A stretch of 64,000 bases of DNA, taken from NCBI RefSeq assembly GCF_016433145.1, contig NC_058132.1, positions 139,323,714 through 139,387,713 on the forward strand. The letters are read 5' to 3'. The position numbers were made by a program, and so were the translations under genes. Below, piece after piece: positions 10,420 to 23,019 of the stretch. Below the pieces are notes generated by a model, which saw only the letters and a program-made list of their open reading frames with translations, was not told the origin of the DNA and did no database searches. The stretch comes from Gracilinanus agilis (lineage: Eukaryota). Numbering within the stretch: position 1 is the first letter of the stretch; every line of letters begins with the position of its first letter.

Positions 10420-13050
10420 TTTTGAATTCAAAAGTGTTTTTCTACTTCCTCTCACCCAATTTAAAAGAAAAATAAAACCTTTGCAATAAGTATGTATAAT
10501 TGAGCAACAAAAATTTCTACATTGGCCTTTTACAAAATGTATTTCTCTTTCTGCATCTTGTCTGCAGGTGGGTTGCACAATACATCTTCAGTTCTATAGA
10601 ATAATGATTGGTCATTGTATTGGTCACAGTGCTATCAAAGTCGTTTGTTTAGTATTATTGCTATTTTTGTACTTTTTTTCTCTTTCTGCTCACTTCACTC
10701 TGTATAAGTTCATATAAGTCTCCCTAGATTTGTCTTAATCTATCCCTTTTATCATTTCTGTAGCAAAATAATGTACCATTACATTCATATAATATAATAT
10801 GCTCAGTCATTCCCCAGTTGATGGATACTCCTTAGTTTCTAGTTCTTTGTCACCATAAAATGCTATTAGTCCTTTTCTTCTTTCTTTGTTCTTTTTATGG
10901 TATAGGACAAGTAGAAATATTGCTAGGTCAAAAGTATTGACACAATTTAGGGGCATTTTGGGGACAGTTGCAATTGCTGTCCATATTAAGAAAAGAACTG
11001 TTTATTCCTACATTTTCTAACACTTTTTCATAAATAGTCCTTATATTTTCAAAAAGTCCCTTATGCATCCATTGATATAATAACATGTTTTCTTGTTATG
11101 TTTGTTATTAAAATGATTAATTGTCTTTATAGTTTCTCTAACATTAAACCAATCCTGCATTCCTGATATAAATCCAACTAGTCAGGGTTGGATTACTCAA
11201 TTTCTTTTTCTGAGACTAAGTTGTTTAAATTCTCTATTTCTTCTCGAATTAATCTGTGTATTTATATATATTTTAAATATCCATCCTTTTAATCTGTCTT
11301 TTCTGTTGTCATGTAATTTAACAAAATAGTTTCTAATGATTTCCTTTACTTCTTCATTTCCTATTAACTCTTTTTTCATTTTTGACATTGATAACTTGGT
11401 TTTCTTCTTTTAAGACATAAATTTAGCTGCTGGTTTATCATTTTATTGGATGTACTCTTATCCAAAAAATCAGTTGCTAGTTTTGTTCACTAATCAAATG
11501 ATTTTTATTTCAATTTTATTTATTTCTTCTTTGATTTTGAGACTTTCTTTTATGTATTTGTTTTTTTACTGTTATTTTTTTAGTTTCTTTTAGTTGCATC
11601 TCACAGAGATGACCTGGAAACTCTAAATTCTGGCTATGATGTTTCTGGGAATTTTCATTTTAGACTTTATTTTAAGACATGACCAGGAAATTCTATTTTC
11701 ACTTTGCCTTCTGGTTCTAATAGATACGGGCATTTTTCTTTCATGATTTATTGAAATGTGATTTCTGACTCTTTATTTGTTCATGACTTTCAGGTGAGTT
11801 CAACCTTTTGTTAATTCTGAAATTCTCCTTGATCTAGCACAGGGGTCGGCAACGTATGGCTCTTTCTGCAGGAGCCATAAAGTCAATTTTTTTTTCAGGC
11901 ACTGTTACAAGAGCGAAAACTGTACAGCTCTCATGAAATTACATTTTTAAAAATGTGGTATTTATGGCTCTCACGGCCAAAAAGGTTGCCGACCCCTGAT
12001 CTAGCAGGTCAGTTTTTAAAAAATATATGAGATACCTTATATGTACTTCTATTTTTCAGTACTTTGACTTTATGAAAATATTTCTTGTTATTTCGTGGAG
12101 TACTTCTATTTGGTATTTTAATTTTCAAGGAGGCTGTTACATGAATAAGTTGTTAATTGTACTTGATAATTGCACTAAGTTAATGGTCCTTTAAAGTCTT
12201 CCCATAAGCTCTCTCATTTCTTTTTTAATTCTTTCCTCTATCACTCTCATGTCTTTCACAAAGTCATTTTATCTCTTTAAAGAAGTTTTTGCTTCATTTC
12301 TTCAAAGAATCTAATGTATCAGTGTCTATCTTTGAAGTTTTATTGGTAGATGTTTTGGAGTTATTATTTCCTCCAGGTTCTTGTCTTGGAACTCTGAAAT
12401 TATAATATCTCATGGGGGTCTTTGTTGTTATTGTTTAATTGTTCACTCATTCTTTGAGACTTATTTCCTGTATTAAGACTTTGTGTTAGGCCAGACTCTG
12501 CTCATGCTTAAAGGAATTGTCATTGCATAAATTTGATGCTTTTTTTTTTGCATTTGGGGGTTCCTATTTTTACTTTCTTCATGTCTTAAGTGCTCTGTTC
12601 CTTAAGGATCTCAGTGATGGCTCCCCCTAGGGACCTGCAAACTTTTAATGCATCCTACTTGTTTTAATCTAGAATGAATTGTCTAAGCTTTGCAAGTTCA
12701 CAACCCAGGTTTGGATTTGGACAACACAATTGTGGGCTTTCTCCTATTTGGAGCTCTAGTAGATTACTATAGGCCTCAGCCACTATCAGCTTGCCACTGA
12801 GTTAATCTGGCCAGGTTCAAAGCAATAGAACTTCAGGATCCCCTTGCTACGAATTCCCTTTCCTGGTCACTTGAATACAAGCCTTTGATCAGAGTGCTGA
12901 CTGAATCCATATCACCATAGTAGGGTCAGAGCCACAGAGTTATTACTTGTTTATGCTCCTGGTTTTTTTTATCCTGTACAGTGTCAAGCCAGATTTGAAT
13001 TGGATCCACTAGAATCATGGCTGCTCCTTGTACTTTCACCCAAACACCTG
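10420..13050 (-). mobile_element. Old, internally deleted L1 (5' region/ORF1, ORF2 piece, 3' end)
   Basis: Minus-strand ORF2 piece (EEVKEIIRNYFVKL), ORF1-like segment around 11650-12100, and L1-type 3' end at ~10420-11030. Confidence 0.7.
11840..11998. mobile_element. hAT (Charlie-type) MITE, 159 bp
   Basis: Perfect 14-bp terminal inverted repeats (TIRs) CAGGGGTCGGCAAC / GTTGCCGACCCCTG. Perfect 8-bp TSD ATCTAGCA at 11832-11839 and 11999-12006. Confidence 0.95.
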
Positions 13051-13599
13051 AAACTTAATAAGGTAACATGAACTTGAATGCAAATAATGAATAAAGAATT
13101 ATTCAGTGTTCACATGCTTTTAAGAGATAATAAGTCTAGTCTGCTTTTTAAGTCACTTCTAATTTAGAGTCATGAAAAACACAAAGACTAGGAATGAAGG
13201 AAGAATCCTCTGGAAACAAGAGTCAAAATTAGATTATCAGGGGGACAAGGGAAGGAGGGATGTGGTTCAAAGTTAAAGTTAATTAAACAAAGAGCCAAAG
13301 AGCACAGATTCATTTCTAAACCATTCTCTTATCTACAATATGCAGAGGAAAAAAATTTAAAAACATTATATTAATAAAGGTGGAACAGGAATATGTCATT
13401 GGTGTGGGCATATATGAGTGAGAAAAGTGATGTGGGTGGATGATTAAGATTAAATTAATACAAAATTAAAAAAACTTTATTTGTATTGGTGTGGGTATGT
13501 GTGGGTAGCTAATCTGTTATTGCAGAGAACAAGAATTGAATATTAAAAATAAAACAAGCAATATAGTTCCTTATGTTAATAAAAGGGGAAAATAGCAAT

Positions 13600-13930
13600 A
13601 TAACAGCACCTAATAAGGGAAAGTCTAGTTTAATAATTATAGCCTTGAATGTTAATGGGTCAAATTCACCACTAAAAAGGAATCATCATCTTGGATTAGA
13701 AAATGAAACCCAACAATTTGGAGCTTTTAAGTTACATCCGTAAATCACAAATATGCATACAGATTCAAAGTAAAGGACAAAAATCAGTTCTGTTATGTTT
13801 TAGATAAATTCAGAAAAGCAGAAATTGCAACTATAGAGCAGATACATAATTACAAACTGTACTAAACATATACAATTAAAAGAGACAGGTAAGGGAGCTA
13901 CAGTATGATTAAAGGAAATGCAGACTGATG
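13600..13930 (+). mobile_element. L1 ORF2 endonuclease N-terminal fragment
   Basis: IIALNVNGSNSPLKR...WIRK*NPTI. Confidence 0.7.
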
Positions 13931-14149
13931 ACAAAAGTAATTAATTAAAGGCATGCCTGGAACTAGTGAGTGCTAGAAATAAAAAGACAGACAAAAAAAC
14001 AGTCCCTGTTTTCAATGAGATCACAGACTAATACAGGAGGCAGTTTGTAAACAACTATGTACCAAGAAGATATATAGGATAAATTGGAAATTAATGAAAA
14101 GAGAAGTCACTGAGATTAAGGAATTCCAGAAAAGGCTTCTTAAAGAAAG

Positions 14150-14550
14150 TGGGATTTTAATACCACTACTTGATCTATACCCCAAAAATTAAAAAAAAAA
14201 GGAAAAAGGCATATATTTATGGCAGATCTTTTTTGTGGTAGCAAAGAGTTATAAACTGAGGTGATGCTCATCACCTGGGGGAATGGCTAAACAAATTATG
14301 GCTTATGATTGTGATAGAACACTACTATTTTATAAGAAATGACAAGGGGATGGTTTCAGAGAAAAAAACACATGACAAGACTTATATGAACTGACACAAA
14401 GTAAAGTGAAAAGAATTGGGAGATCATTGTGTGCAGAAATAGCAATGTTGTCACAATTGTGATTCGTGAAAGAACTGACTACTCTGATCAATATGGTGAT
14501 GCAAAATAATTCCAAAGGACACATGATGAAAAATGCTTTCTATGGTCAAA
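14150..14550 (+). mobile_element. Old L1 3' fragment
   Basis: ggggaatggctaaacaaattatgg and aagtaaagtgaaaagaattgggaga resemble an L1 3' end. Confidence 0.7.
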
Positions 14551-14762
14551 AGCTTACCAACCTTTATAAACTAATAATCCTCATAGTATAAATCTCCAAA
14601 TATCTTTAATAATTCAATACACGACAGAAACAAAATTTTTATCCACAAAAACCCATAAATAACACAACCATAAAAATGTAAGGACAATAATTTTAATATA
14701 CAGCCTCAAGTGTTTATCTAGAAACAGATTTGAAATCAAAAAGGAAAGTCACTTGGAAAAGA

Positions 14763-15005
14763 AGTTGTTTTTCAGTTGTTGTCAGTTGTATCTAATTCTT
14801 TATGACCCCATTTGAAATTTTCTTGTCAAAGACATTGGAATGGTTTGCCATTTCCTTCTCCAGCTCATTCTATAGATGAAGAAACTGAGACAAACAGAAT
14901 CAAGTGACTTGCCCAGGGTCACATAGCTGATACGTGTCCAAGGCCAGATTTGAACTCTGGAAGATGAATCTTCCTAAATTCCAGCCCATCACTCTATCCA
15001 CTGAA
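14763..15005 (-). mobile_element. MAR1-like CORE-SINE (RTE/BovB-type tail)
   Basis: gaccccattt...ggtttgccatttccttctccagctcatt followed by the CORE sequence. Confidence 0.8.
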
Positions 15006-15379
15006 CTTCTTAGAGTGAGGTCTGACTTTTTGAATATGAACTTTTCCAGCCAAGACCTGCCACTCCCTTATTCTTCCCATATGGCAGTTCTATTCCTGAG
15101 TCATCAATTTCAACTCCCTCCCCCTCCTCTAATAGAGAGCCTTGGAAAGGGGATTTGATAAGGTAGTGCAGAACTCTAAATGCTAAATTTAGCAACAAGC
15201 TTAACTTTGAAAAGGTGACCAAGGGCCTCGGGAACTAAACAAGGGAATCTTTGTTCTAATTGCTTATGTAAAACCTTGCTGATAGAATGTAAACAATTCC
15301 AGATAGTTTAAGCAAAGCTGATGTTTCCTTAATATTTTTTTTTACTTTCCAGTTCCAATAAATTCTTGTTGACTAACTG

Positions 15380-15960
15380 AAGAAAAAGGAAGAAAGTGGA
15401 ATTTTAGGTAACACTAAGAAATCCAAGGAAACCAATAGGCACAAATAAGAAGGGAGAGAGATCTAGGCAGGTGGGACAGCCAGTAAAAATCTCCAGTCTT
15501 ATGCAAGGAACAGGGTGGAAGGCAGTGTCATTTGACTGCAGAGTTCATGGAATGTGTAGTAAGAAAACTGAAACAGTGGAAAGAAGTCAGATTATAAAAT
15601 GCTTTAAAAGTCAAACAGAAGATTTCATATTTTATTTTCTAAGTAATAGGAAAGCACTGAAGTTTACTGAATGGAGCAGCAGAGTAACATGGTCAAATAT
15701 GTTTTAGGAAGATCAATTTGACAATTGAGAGGAAGGTCGACTGGAATGAGGAGAGAGGCAGAGACCACCCAGAGGGCTATAGCAATGGTCCAGGAGTAAG
15801 ATGTTGAGAGCCTTCACCAGGTTGGTAGCAGTATCAAAAGAGAGAAGGGGATAGACATGAGAGATGTTGGAAAACTAGAAGTGACAAAATTTGGCAACAA
15901 ATTTGAATTAGAAAAGTGAAAATCAGGAAATGAAAGCAACAATGAACAGATATGAAGAGG
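15380..15960 (-). mobile_element. L2 fragment
   Basis: Purine-rich L2-like text (agtaacatggtcaaatatgttttaggaagatcaatttgaca). Confidence 0.6.
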
Positions 15961-16084
15961 AAGCAACATGGATAGAGAGATAGCCTAGGAATAAGGAATT
16001 TTTGAGTCAAGCTGACTCTGACACATGTTAGCTATCTGACCCTAAACAAATCTCAATCTCTCAGGGCTTCAGGAAACTCTAAGA

Positions 16085-16275
16085 CAGTGGTTCCCAAACT
16101 TTTTTGGCCTACCGCCCCCTTTCCAGAAAAAATATTACTTAGCCCCCTGGAAATTAATTTTTTTAAATCTTAATAACAATTCATAGGAAAGATAAATGCA
16201 CCTGTGGCCATCACCACTCCCTGGATCACTGCAGCACCCACCAGGGGGCGGTGGCGCCCACTTTGGGAATCACTG
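16085..16275. mobile_element. hAT (Charlie-type) MITE, 191 bp
   Basis: TIRs CAGTGGTTCCCAAA / TTTGGGAATCACTG (13/14 match). Perfect 8-bp TSD CTCTAAGA at 16077-16084 and 16276-16283. Confidence 0.95.
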
Positions 16276-16321
16276 CTCTAAGAATATGAGTTGCAGAGAA
16301 GATTCAAAACTACATTGCTAG

Positions 16322-16525
16322 GGGGCAGCTGGGTGGCTCAGTGGGTTGAGAGCCAGGCCTAGAGACAAGAGGTGGTAGGTTCAAATCTGGCCTCAGACAC
16401 TTCCTAGCTGTGTGACCCTGGGCAAGTCACTTGACCCCCATTGCCTACCCTTACCACTCTTCTGCCTTGAAGCCAATACACAGTATTGACTCCAAGACGG
16501 AAGGTAAGGGTTTAAAAAAAAAAAC
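16322..16525 (+). mobile_element. SINE1_Mdo-like SINE with TSD
   Basis: Full length with an A-tail. 14-bp TSD AACTACATTGCTAG at 16308-16321 and 16526-16539. Confidence 0.95.
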
Positions 16526-16596
16526 AACTACATTGCTAGAGGAAATTCCCTGCTGAGAATTCTCTATATCAGTAAAATCACAAGTTCATTATACAA

Positions 16597-16599
<3 letters not shown>

Positions 16600-16666
<67 letters not shown>

Positions 16667-16670
16667 ATAT
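16600..16670. repeat. (TA)n(TG)n microsatellite
   Basis: Seen directly. Confidence 0.95.
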
Positions 16671-17409
16671 TCACACATGTACACACATGTATATATAAGT
16701 ATACCAACAAGATTGGCACACTGGCACAGTATGGAAAGATCTCCGAGGAAAGCTGACTTAAATAAAAATTATCCTAGAATACTAAGACTCTAATTCTAAG
16801 CAGCTCTGTCAAGATTCTCTACAAATTGTAGCTGAAAATAAATAAACAAAACTGAAGTCTTGTACAAAACATTGGAAAAAACAGATTTGATAGACCTATA
16901 GAAACTTCTGAATGCATATTAGAGATTATGTGTTTCTTAAGCTCCTGTGAGATGTATATAAAAATAAATCACATATTAGAATGCTAAATGCTCTTCTTAA
17001 AGTTAGAAATCATAAAGTTCATTCTTTATATGCTATAGCATTATAAAAAATGTAACCAATATGAAATATGAACAAAAGGCCAAGACACTTGGATACTCAA
17101 TGGATTGGTGATCTAATTAATTTGGATATTCTCTCAAATGGTACAGATTATAACTCATCTGTTTCTTTTCACTCTCCATGACTCTTGCCAACATCTGCTA
17201 ATAAATCTACTACAAGGGGTCCACCCAGTATCCCGATGCCTTACTCTAGATCTTTTTATATTGGAAGATTGGAATATTACAGAATCTACTCAATGAGATC
17301 TATAATCACTTGGAATCATTTGGCCTAACAAGATGAACAGTTAGTCTTCTGGTCACCCAGGTTTATAATCTTGGTGTCATCCATAACTCCTTATTCTCTC
17401 TCTTACTCA

Positions 17410-18942
17410 GTTGTACTCAGTGTTCAGGGAAGACTAGTACCTCTGGTACGAGTGCTTGCTGAGCGCTTTTGTCAAGGCTTTTTTCTTCCTTTGGTGTCCA
17501 CCTGCCACACAACTCTCACCTATGGCTCCAAGAAGCTATCTAGCCTATGCAATGACCATAGCCTGGTAAAACCAGAAAAACAGGTTAACCAGGCTAAGGG
17601 TAACCTACAAGACTCAAACCCATCAGTGAATTAGTAGGATGTCTATCCCAAGTATGTGAAGACTCCCCCACCCCAATGGGCAGATGAGAACAATTTGTTC
17701 CAACAGCCATAAAGATAGCAGAAGAAGGTCCTTAGATCTTGGTCAGACATCAAAGATTGCAGTCATCCACTGTCATCACCAATCATCTTGATTTGTCTTG
17801 CCACTGAACTGTGATGACTCTGGAAGAGAGAGTGAGGCCTACAATTGTCCAACCCTGCCTCACTTAAATTCAATTCATGTGAAATTCAAAAGACATCATC
17901 CATGTCATTTACCATTTTACTATTTTACTATCTCATTATTTTATTATTTTACTCCTACCTTGAAGTCCTTAAGCAATGGGCAGGTGGCAAAGCAGAGGAG
18001 ATAGACACATTGAGAGATGTAGTCACAACCTGGTTCACTGGTGGCCCTCCAGGGCATAGGGTTGTCTTCTCACTGGACTGAAGCAGCAGTGGGATTCAGC
18101 AGCCCTGGGGTATCTAAGCAGTTTTTAAAAGTACCCCACTGCTCACCTCAGGGCATGAAATAAGGGCTAAAAAAGGTGCCTTAAAAATTGTCTCTTTCAC
18201 CCAATCAAGCCTGAACTGTTTAGTGAATGCAGGGATCCTCCCCAGGGTCAAAACACAAACACAAATGTACAGAAACTTTTACAAAGACTATTCCACTCAC
18301 CATTGATGCATGGCATCTAAATAGCAACTCAGAGTGAAATCAGGCTGGCAAATGTAGGTTAGCTTAGTGAAGTTGGAACTGAATACATGGTCGCCGGGAT
18401 GAGAAACACAGGGAATGTGGTTTAGATTTCACAATCAAATCTAGTATAGTCTACAATTTTATATTCCTCCCAAAAGAAATTAATGACAAGCTCTTGACAA
18501 TGCCTGCCACTTGCAGGAAAGCATCACATCACAATCATCAGTGAGTATGCTCGTGATGAATCCTGATGAAGTAAAAAAAAAAAAAAAAAAAAAATATANN
18601 NNNNNNNNNNNNNNNNNNNNNNNNNNNNNNNNNNNNNNNNNNNNNNNNNNNNNNNNNNNNNNNNNNNNNNNNNNNNNNNNNNNNNNNNNNNNNNNNNNNN
18701 NNNNNNNNNNNNNNNNNNNNNNNNNNNNNNNNNNNNNNNNNNNNNNNNNNNNNNNNNNNNNNNNNNNNNNNNNNNNNNNNNNNNNNNNNNNNNNNNNNNN
18801 NNNNNNNNNNNNNNNNNNNNNNNNNNNNNNNNNNNNNNNNNNNNNNNNNNNNNNNNNNNNNNNNNNNNNNNNNNNNNNNNNNNNNNNNNNNNNNNNNNNN
18901 NNNNNNNNNNNNNNNNNNNNNNNNNNNNNNNNCTGATGAAGT

Positions 18943-19008
<66 letters not shown>

Positions 19009-21912
19009 ATCTGGAGGCTCTCATCAATAATGTGCCAAAAGAGAACAAGCTTATAATTCTGGATGGCTTGAATGCCAGAGTAGGCACAGACTTTCAGACA
19101 TGACAGGGAGACCTTGAAAGAATGGAATCAGAAACAGCAACAACAATGGCCACTTACTCCTGAATAGATTTGTGTGCCTCATGATTTTCTCATGAACAAC
19201 ACTGTCTTCCATTTATCTAAATGCAATAAAACTTTGTGGATGCACCCTCAGAGCAACCAATGGTATTTAATAGACTATGTTATTATAAAGAGAAGAAACA
19301 ATATATATATATATGTGTGTGTATGTGTGTGTGTGTGTGTGATATATATATATATATATATATATCACATTCTATAAAGATAGGATGTGAAAGTGATGAA
19401 GTTAATGCGTGGCACAGAGTACTAGACAAATCACAGACTTATCCTCTTCAAGCTAAACATTCCCATTCAACAAAAGTGGAGGCGCCAAAGCAAAGCCACT
19501 CCTGAAAGGCAAAGTAACAGATAAAGTGTGCTTCTCAGTGGGAGAACAGTTTGTTGCTGCCTTGGAGGGAAAGTGTTGGCAAAAGTGGAGCAGAAAAGGA
19601 GTGGGCAGCTTTCAAAGGTTTGGTATACAGCACTGTATTTACTCATCTGGGCCAAAAAACACAAACATCAGAATTGGTTGGATGAAAATAACGGGGAAAT
19701 TCGGAAGCTACTCAATGAAAAATGAGAACTCCACAGCATTTACCAGCAAGATAGTTCATCTGTCTCTAAGAAGCTAGCATTTAATTCTATCAAAAGTAAA
19801 GTACAAATAAAGTTTAGAGAGATGCAGAATTCTTGGCTCAGTAAGAAGACTGATGAAATTCAGTTTTATGCTGACAGTAACCACCCAAAGCACTTCTATG
19901 ATGCCCTGAAGGGTATTTGTGGACCAGAGATCAATGGAGCATCTTAACTCCTCAGTGCTGATGGAACCACACTGATCAATGATAAAGACATGATCCTAGA
20001 AAGATGGGCTGAACACTTCCATGGTGTTCTCAACAGACTGTCTTTAATTAATACTAAAGCCACTGAGCATGTACCTCAGGTTGAAGTCAATCCCTCTTTA
20101 GCTGAATTTCCGATTAAAGATGTTTTGAATGCCATTAGGCTCCTCTTGTGTGGCAAAGCACCTGGTGCTGATTCCCATTCCAGTAGAAATTTACAGGGCA
20201 AGGAGAGCTCATACAAAAGCTCGCTGAAATATTCTGGATTATATGGAAAGAGGTTATCCCCCAGGAGATCAAGGATGCTTATAATGTCCATCTCTATTAA
20301 GGAAAAGGAAACACATTGTCCTGTGATAATCACAGGGAGGTGGGTGATGGATTTTTCTGTTAGTCATTGCCAGCAAAGTTTTTGCCAGAGTCCTCCTTAA
20401 TAGACTGATCCTTTGCCTATAACATGGTCATCTACCTGAGAGCCAGAGCCATTTTCAGAAAGGGCTGAGGAATAGTCAATATGGTGTTTGCTGCTTAACA
20501 ACTCCAGGAGAAATTCCAGGCTCAGAACAAAGGTCTGTGCATACTGTTTGTTGATCTGATCAAAGCCTTTGATACTGTCCATCATGAGGGCTTAGGGAAG
20601 ATCATGGCAAAATTTGGTTGCCAGGAAAAGTTCAGCAGTATCGTATGCCAACTCCATGAAGGCATGTTTACACAAGTTTTGTATAATAGACAATGCTCTT
20701 GAGCTTTCCTAGTCCCCAGTGGAGTGAAACAGGATTGTGTGCTTGCTCTCATGCTTTTTAGCATAATGTTTTCAGAGATGTTGTCTGATGCCTTCAATGA
20801 GGACAAAAAATGCATCATAGTCAGCTACCACACTGATGGCAAACTAACTTGAAAAGTCTACAAGCCAAGACTAAAGTGGAAGGAGAGTTCATTAGTGACT
20901 TTTTGTTTGCAGATGATTGTGCACTCAATGAAGCCTCTAAGACTGAGATGAAACAGAGAATGGATCAATTCTCTGCTTGTGCTAATTCTGGTCTAACAAT
21001 TAACACCAAGGAAACAGAAGTTCTCCAATAGTCAGCAACACACCATCCATACATGGAACCATTAGTTACAACAAATGGAAAAATGTTGAATGCTTTGGAT
21101 AAGTTCATTTACTTTAGCAGTATACTTTCCAGGGATGTACACAAATTATAAGATTGATACACATATTGCCAGAGATAGCTCAGTGTTTAGGAGATTTCAA
21201 AGGAAATGGAGAAGTGAAGAAGTAATAGGTTGCCTACCAAACTGAAGATCTACAGAGCATTTGTGCTGACTTCACTGTTGTATGCCTTTGAAACTGGATG
21301 GTACAAAAGCACCATGTCAGAAAATGGAATCACTTCCATTTGAATTAACTTAAGAAGATTCTGATGATCACCTGGCAAGATAAGGTTCTAGATATTGATG
21401 TCCTTTCTTGAGCTGACCTGCTAAGCATTCAAACTCTATTACAGAAAGCACAACTCTGATGGGCTGCCCACATTATCTGAAATCCAAAGGCATGTCTGCC
21501 TAAAAGACTATTTTACAGAGAACTCACATTTGGCAAGCTCTCACGTGGAGGTCAGAAGTGAATTCAAGAACACACTAAAAGCTTCTCTGAAGAATTTGGG
21601 TTTCAATTAGCTAGACACCAGAGATACTGTCACAAGACTGTCCAACTCAGTGTGCCCACATTAAAGAAGGTGCTGTGCTCTATGAGCAAAGCAGAATTAC
21701 AACAACTCAAAAGAAATCTGAGATGTGCACCTTTAGAGACAGCTCCTTACCAAATGGTCATTCAGGTTATTTGTGTCCAAACTGTGGTAGAGCCTTCTGA
21801 GCTCATATTGGTCTAATTAGCCAGAGTGTCTGAACTTGTTATACATTGACCCCAATGCAATAATGTCATTTTGGCATTCTTAGAGTATGAAGGATAACAA
21901 TCAATCACCCAA
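17410..21912 (+). mobile_element. Apparently full-length but decayed RTE-clade LINE inserted in an L2
   Basis: Long 5' UTR; APE motifs (SEYA..MNPDEVK, DKLIILxxLNARVGTD, WYLIDYVI); RT motifs (GKAPGADS, FVDLIKAFDTV, GVKQDCVL, FLFADDC); C-terminal CPNCGRAF; CAAT-type tail. 10-bp TSD CTCTTACTCA at 17400-17409 and 21913-21922. Many stops and frameshifts. Confidence 0.93.
18599..18932. other. Assembly gap, probably spurious
   Basis: Run of N whose two flanks both read ctgatgaagt(A)n-tata. Confidence 0.95.
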
Positions 21913-22049
21913 CTCTTACTCATCCCATATTCAGTAAGTCAGTAAATATTGCCTACCTCCAGAATATCTCTCATATTCATCCTTTTCCATCAGCCTACAG
22001 TTTTTATGCAAGATATATAGAAGGAAAAGAGACAGTCAGAGACTCCACT

Positions 22050-22610
22050 TCTAGTGCTGATTTGGAGTGAGGAAGGGTACAGGCAACTGGTGGAATCAGA
22101 AGTAGCCTCATAATAAATTATATTCTTGAGAGAAAAAATAGAAGTAGCTTCATGTAGAAGATGGCACTTGAGTTAAACTTTGAAGGGGACCAGTGACACT
22201 AAATGTCTGAGGATTAAATTCTAAGCATCTTCTAGGGGTAAGACTCAACCAGAACAATGATACATATATAGGAAATAGAGTTTTGTGTATGAAATAACAG
22301 TAAGCAGCCAGGTTGACTGGACCATAGAATGCACGGAAGGAAGTAACAAAGCTAAAATGGTAGGTCTGAGACAGGTTGTGAAGGACTTTGCCAAAGAGAA
22401 GAGTTTATATTTTATCCTAGAAGTAGAGAGGCACTGGAGTTTATAGAAAAGGACAATGACATAGTTGGACCTTCCTTTTAGTAAAAGTACTTTGAACAAC
22501 CTCAGCAATGTGGAAGATAGATTAAAAATAAATTCTATAGAAGGTGGCACCTGAGCTGGACTTTGAAGGAAGTCAGAGATTTTATAAAATAAAAGTGACA
22601 AGAGAGTGCA
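22050..22610 (-). mobile_element. L2 3' fragments
   Basis: gaaggtggcacctgagctggactttgaagga and related L2-like text. Confidence 0.6.
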
Positions 22611-22612
22611 TT

Positions 22613-22815
22613 GGAGGCAGCTGGGTGGCTCAGTGGGTTGAGTCAGGCCTGGAGCCAGGAGGTCCTGGGTTCAAATTTGTCCTCAGATACTTCCTAGCTG
22701 GGTGACTCCAGGTAAGTCATTTAACTCCCATCGCCTAGCTCTTTCCACACTTCCACCTTAGAACCAATACATAGTATTGATTATAAGACAGAAGATAAGG
22801 GTTTTTTAAAAAGAA
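22613..22815 (+). mobile_element. SINE1_Mdo-like SINE
   Basis: ggaggcagctgggtggctcagtggg...agaagataagggtttttt. Confidence 0.9.
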
Positions 22816-23019
22816 AGTACATTCCAAACTGGGAATTTGGTATTGGGGGAAGGAAATCTACTGTCCAACCAAGAAAGAGGAGATGAATGTCATATCTGAG
22901 GAAGAGCTAGTAAATTACTTTGATAAGAATGGTGAGTGTAAGAGGGGAATTATATACCAGATGACTAGAAAGATAGCTGGGATCTTGTTGTTGTTTTTTT
23001 AACCTAGAGGAAATTTGCA

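Noticed and set aside
18511-19087. 141-aa and 187-aa ORFs
   Set aside because: Artefacts of translating through the N gap and microsatellites. The same applies to ORFs at 482-725 and 31554-31841.
19990-20400. 136-aa ORF as a cellular gene
   Set aside because: It is a frameshifted piece of the RTE reverse-transcriptase region.
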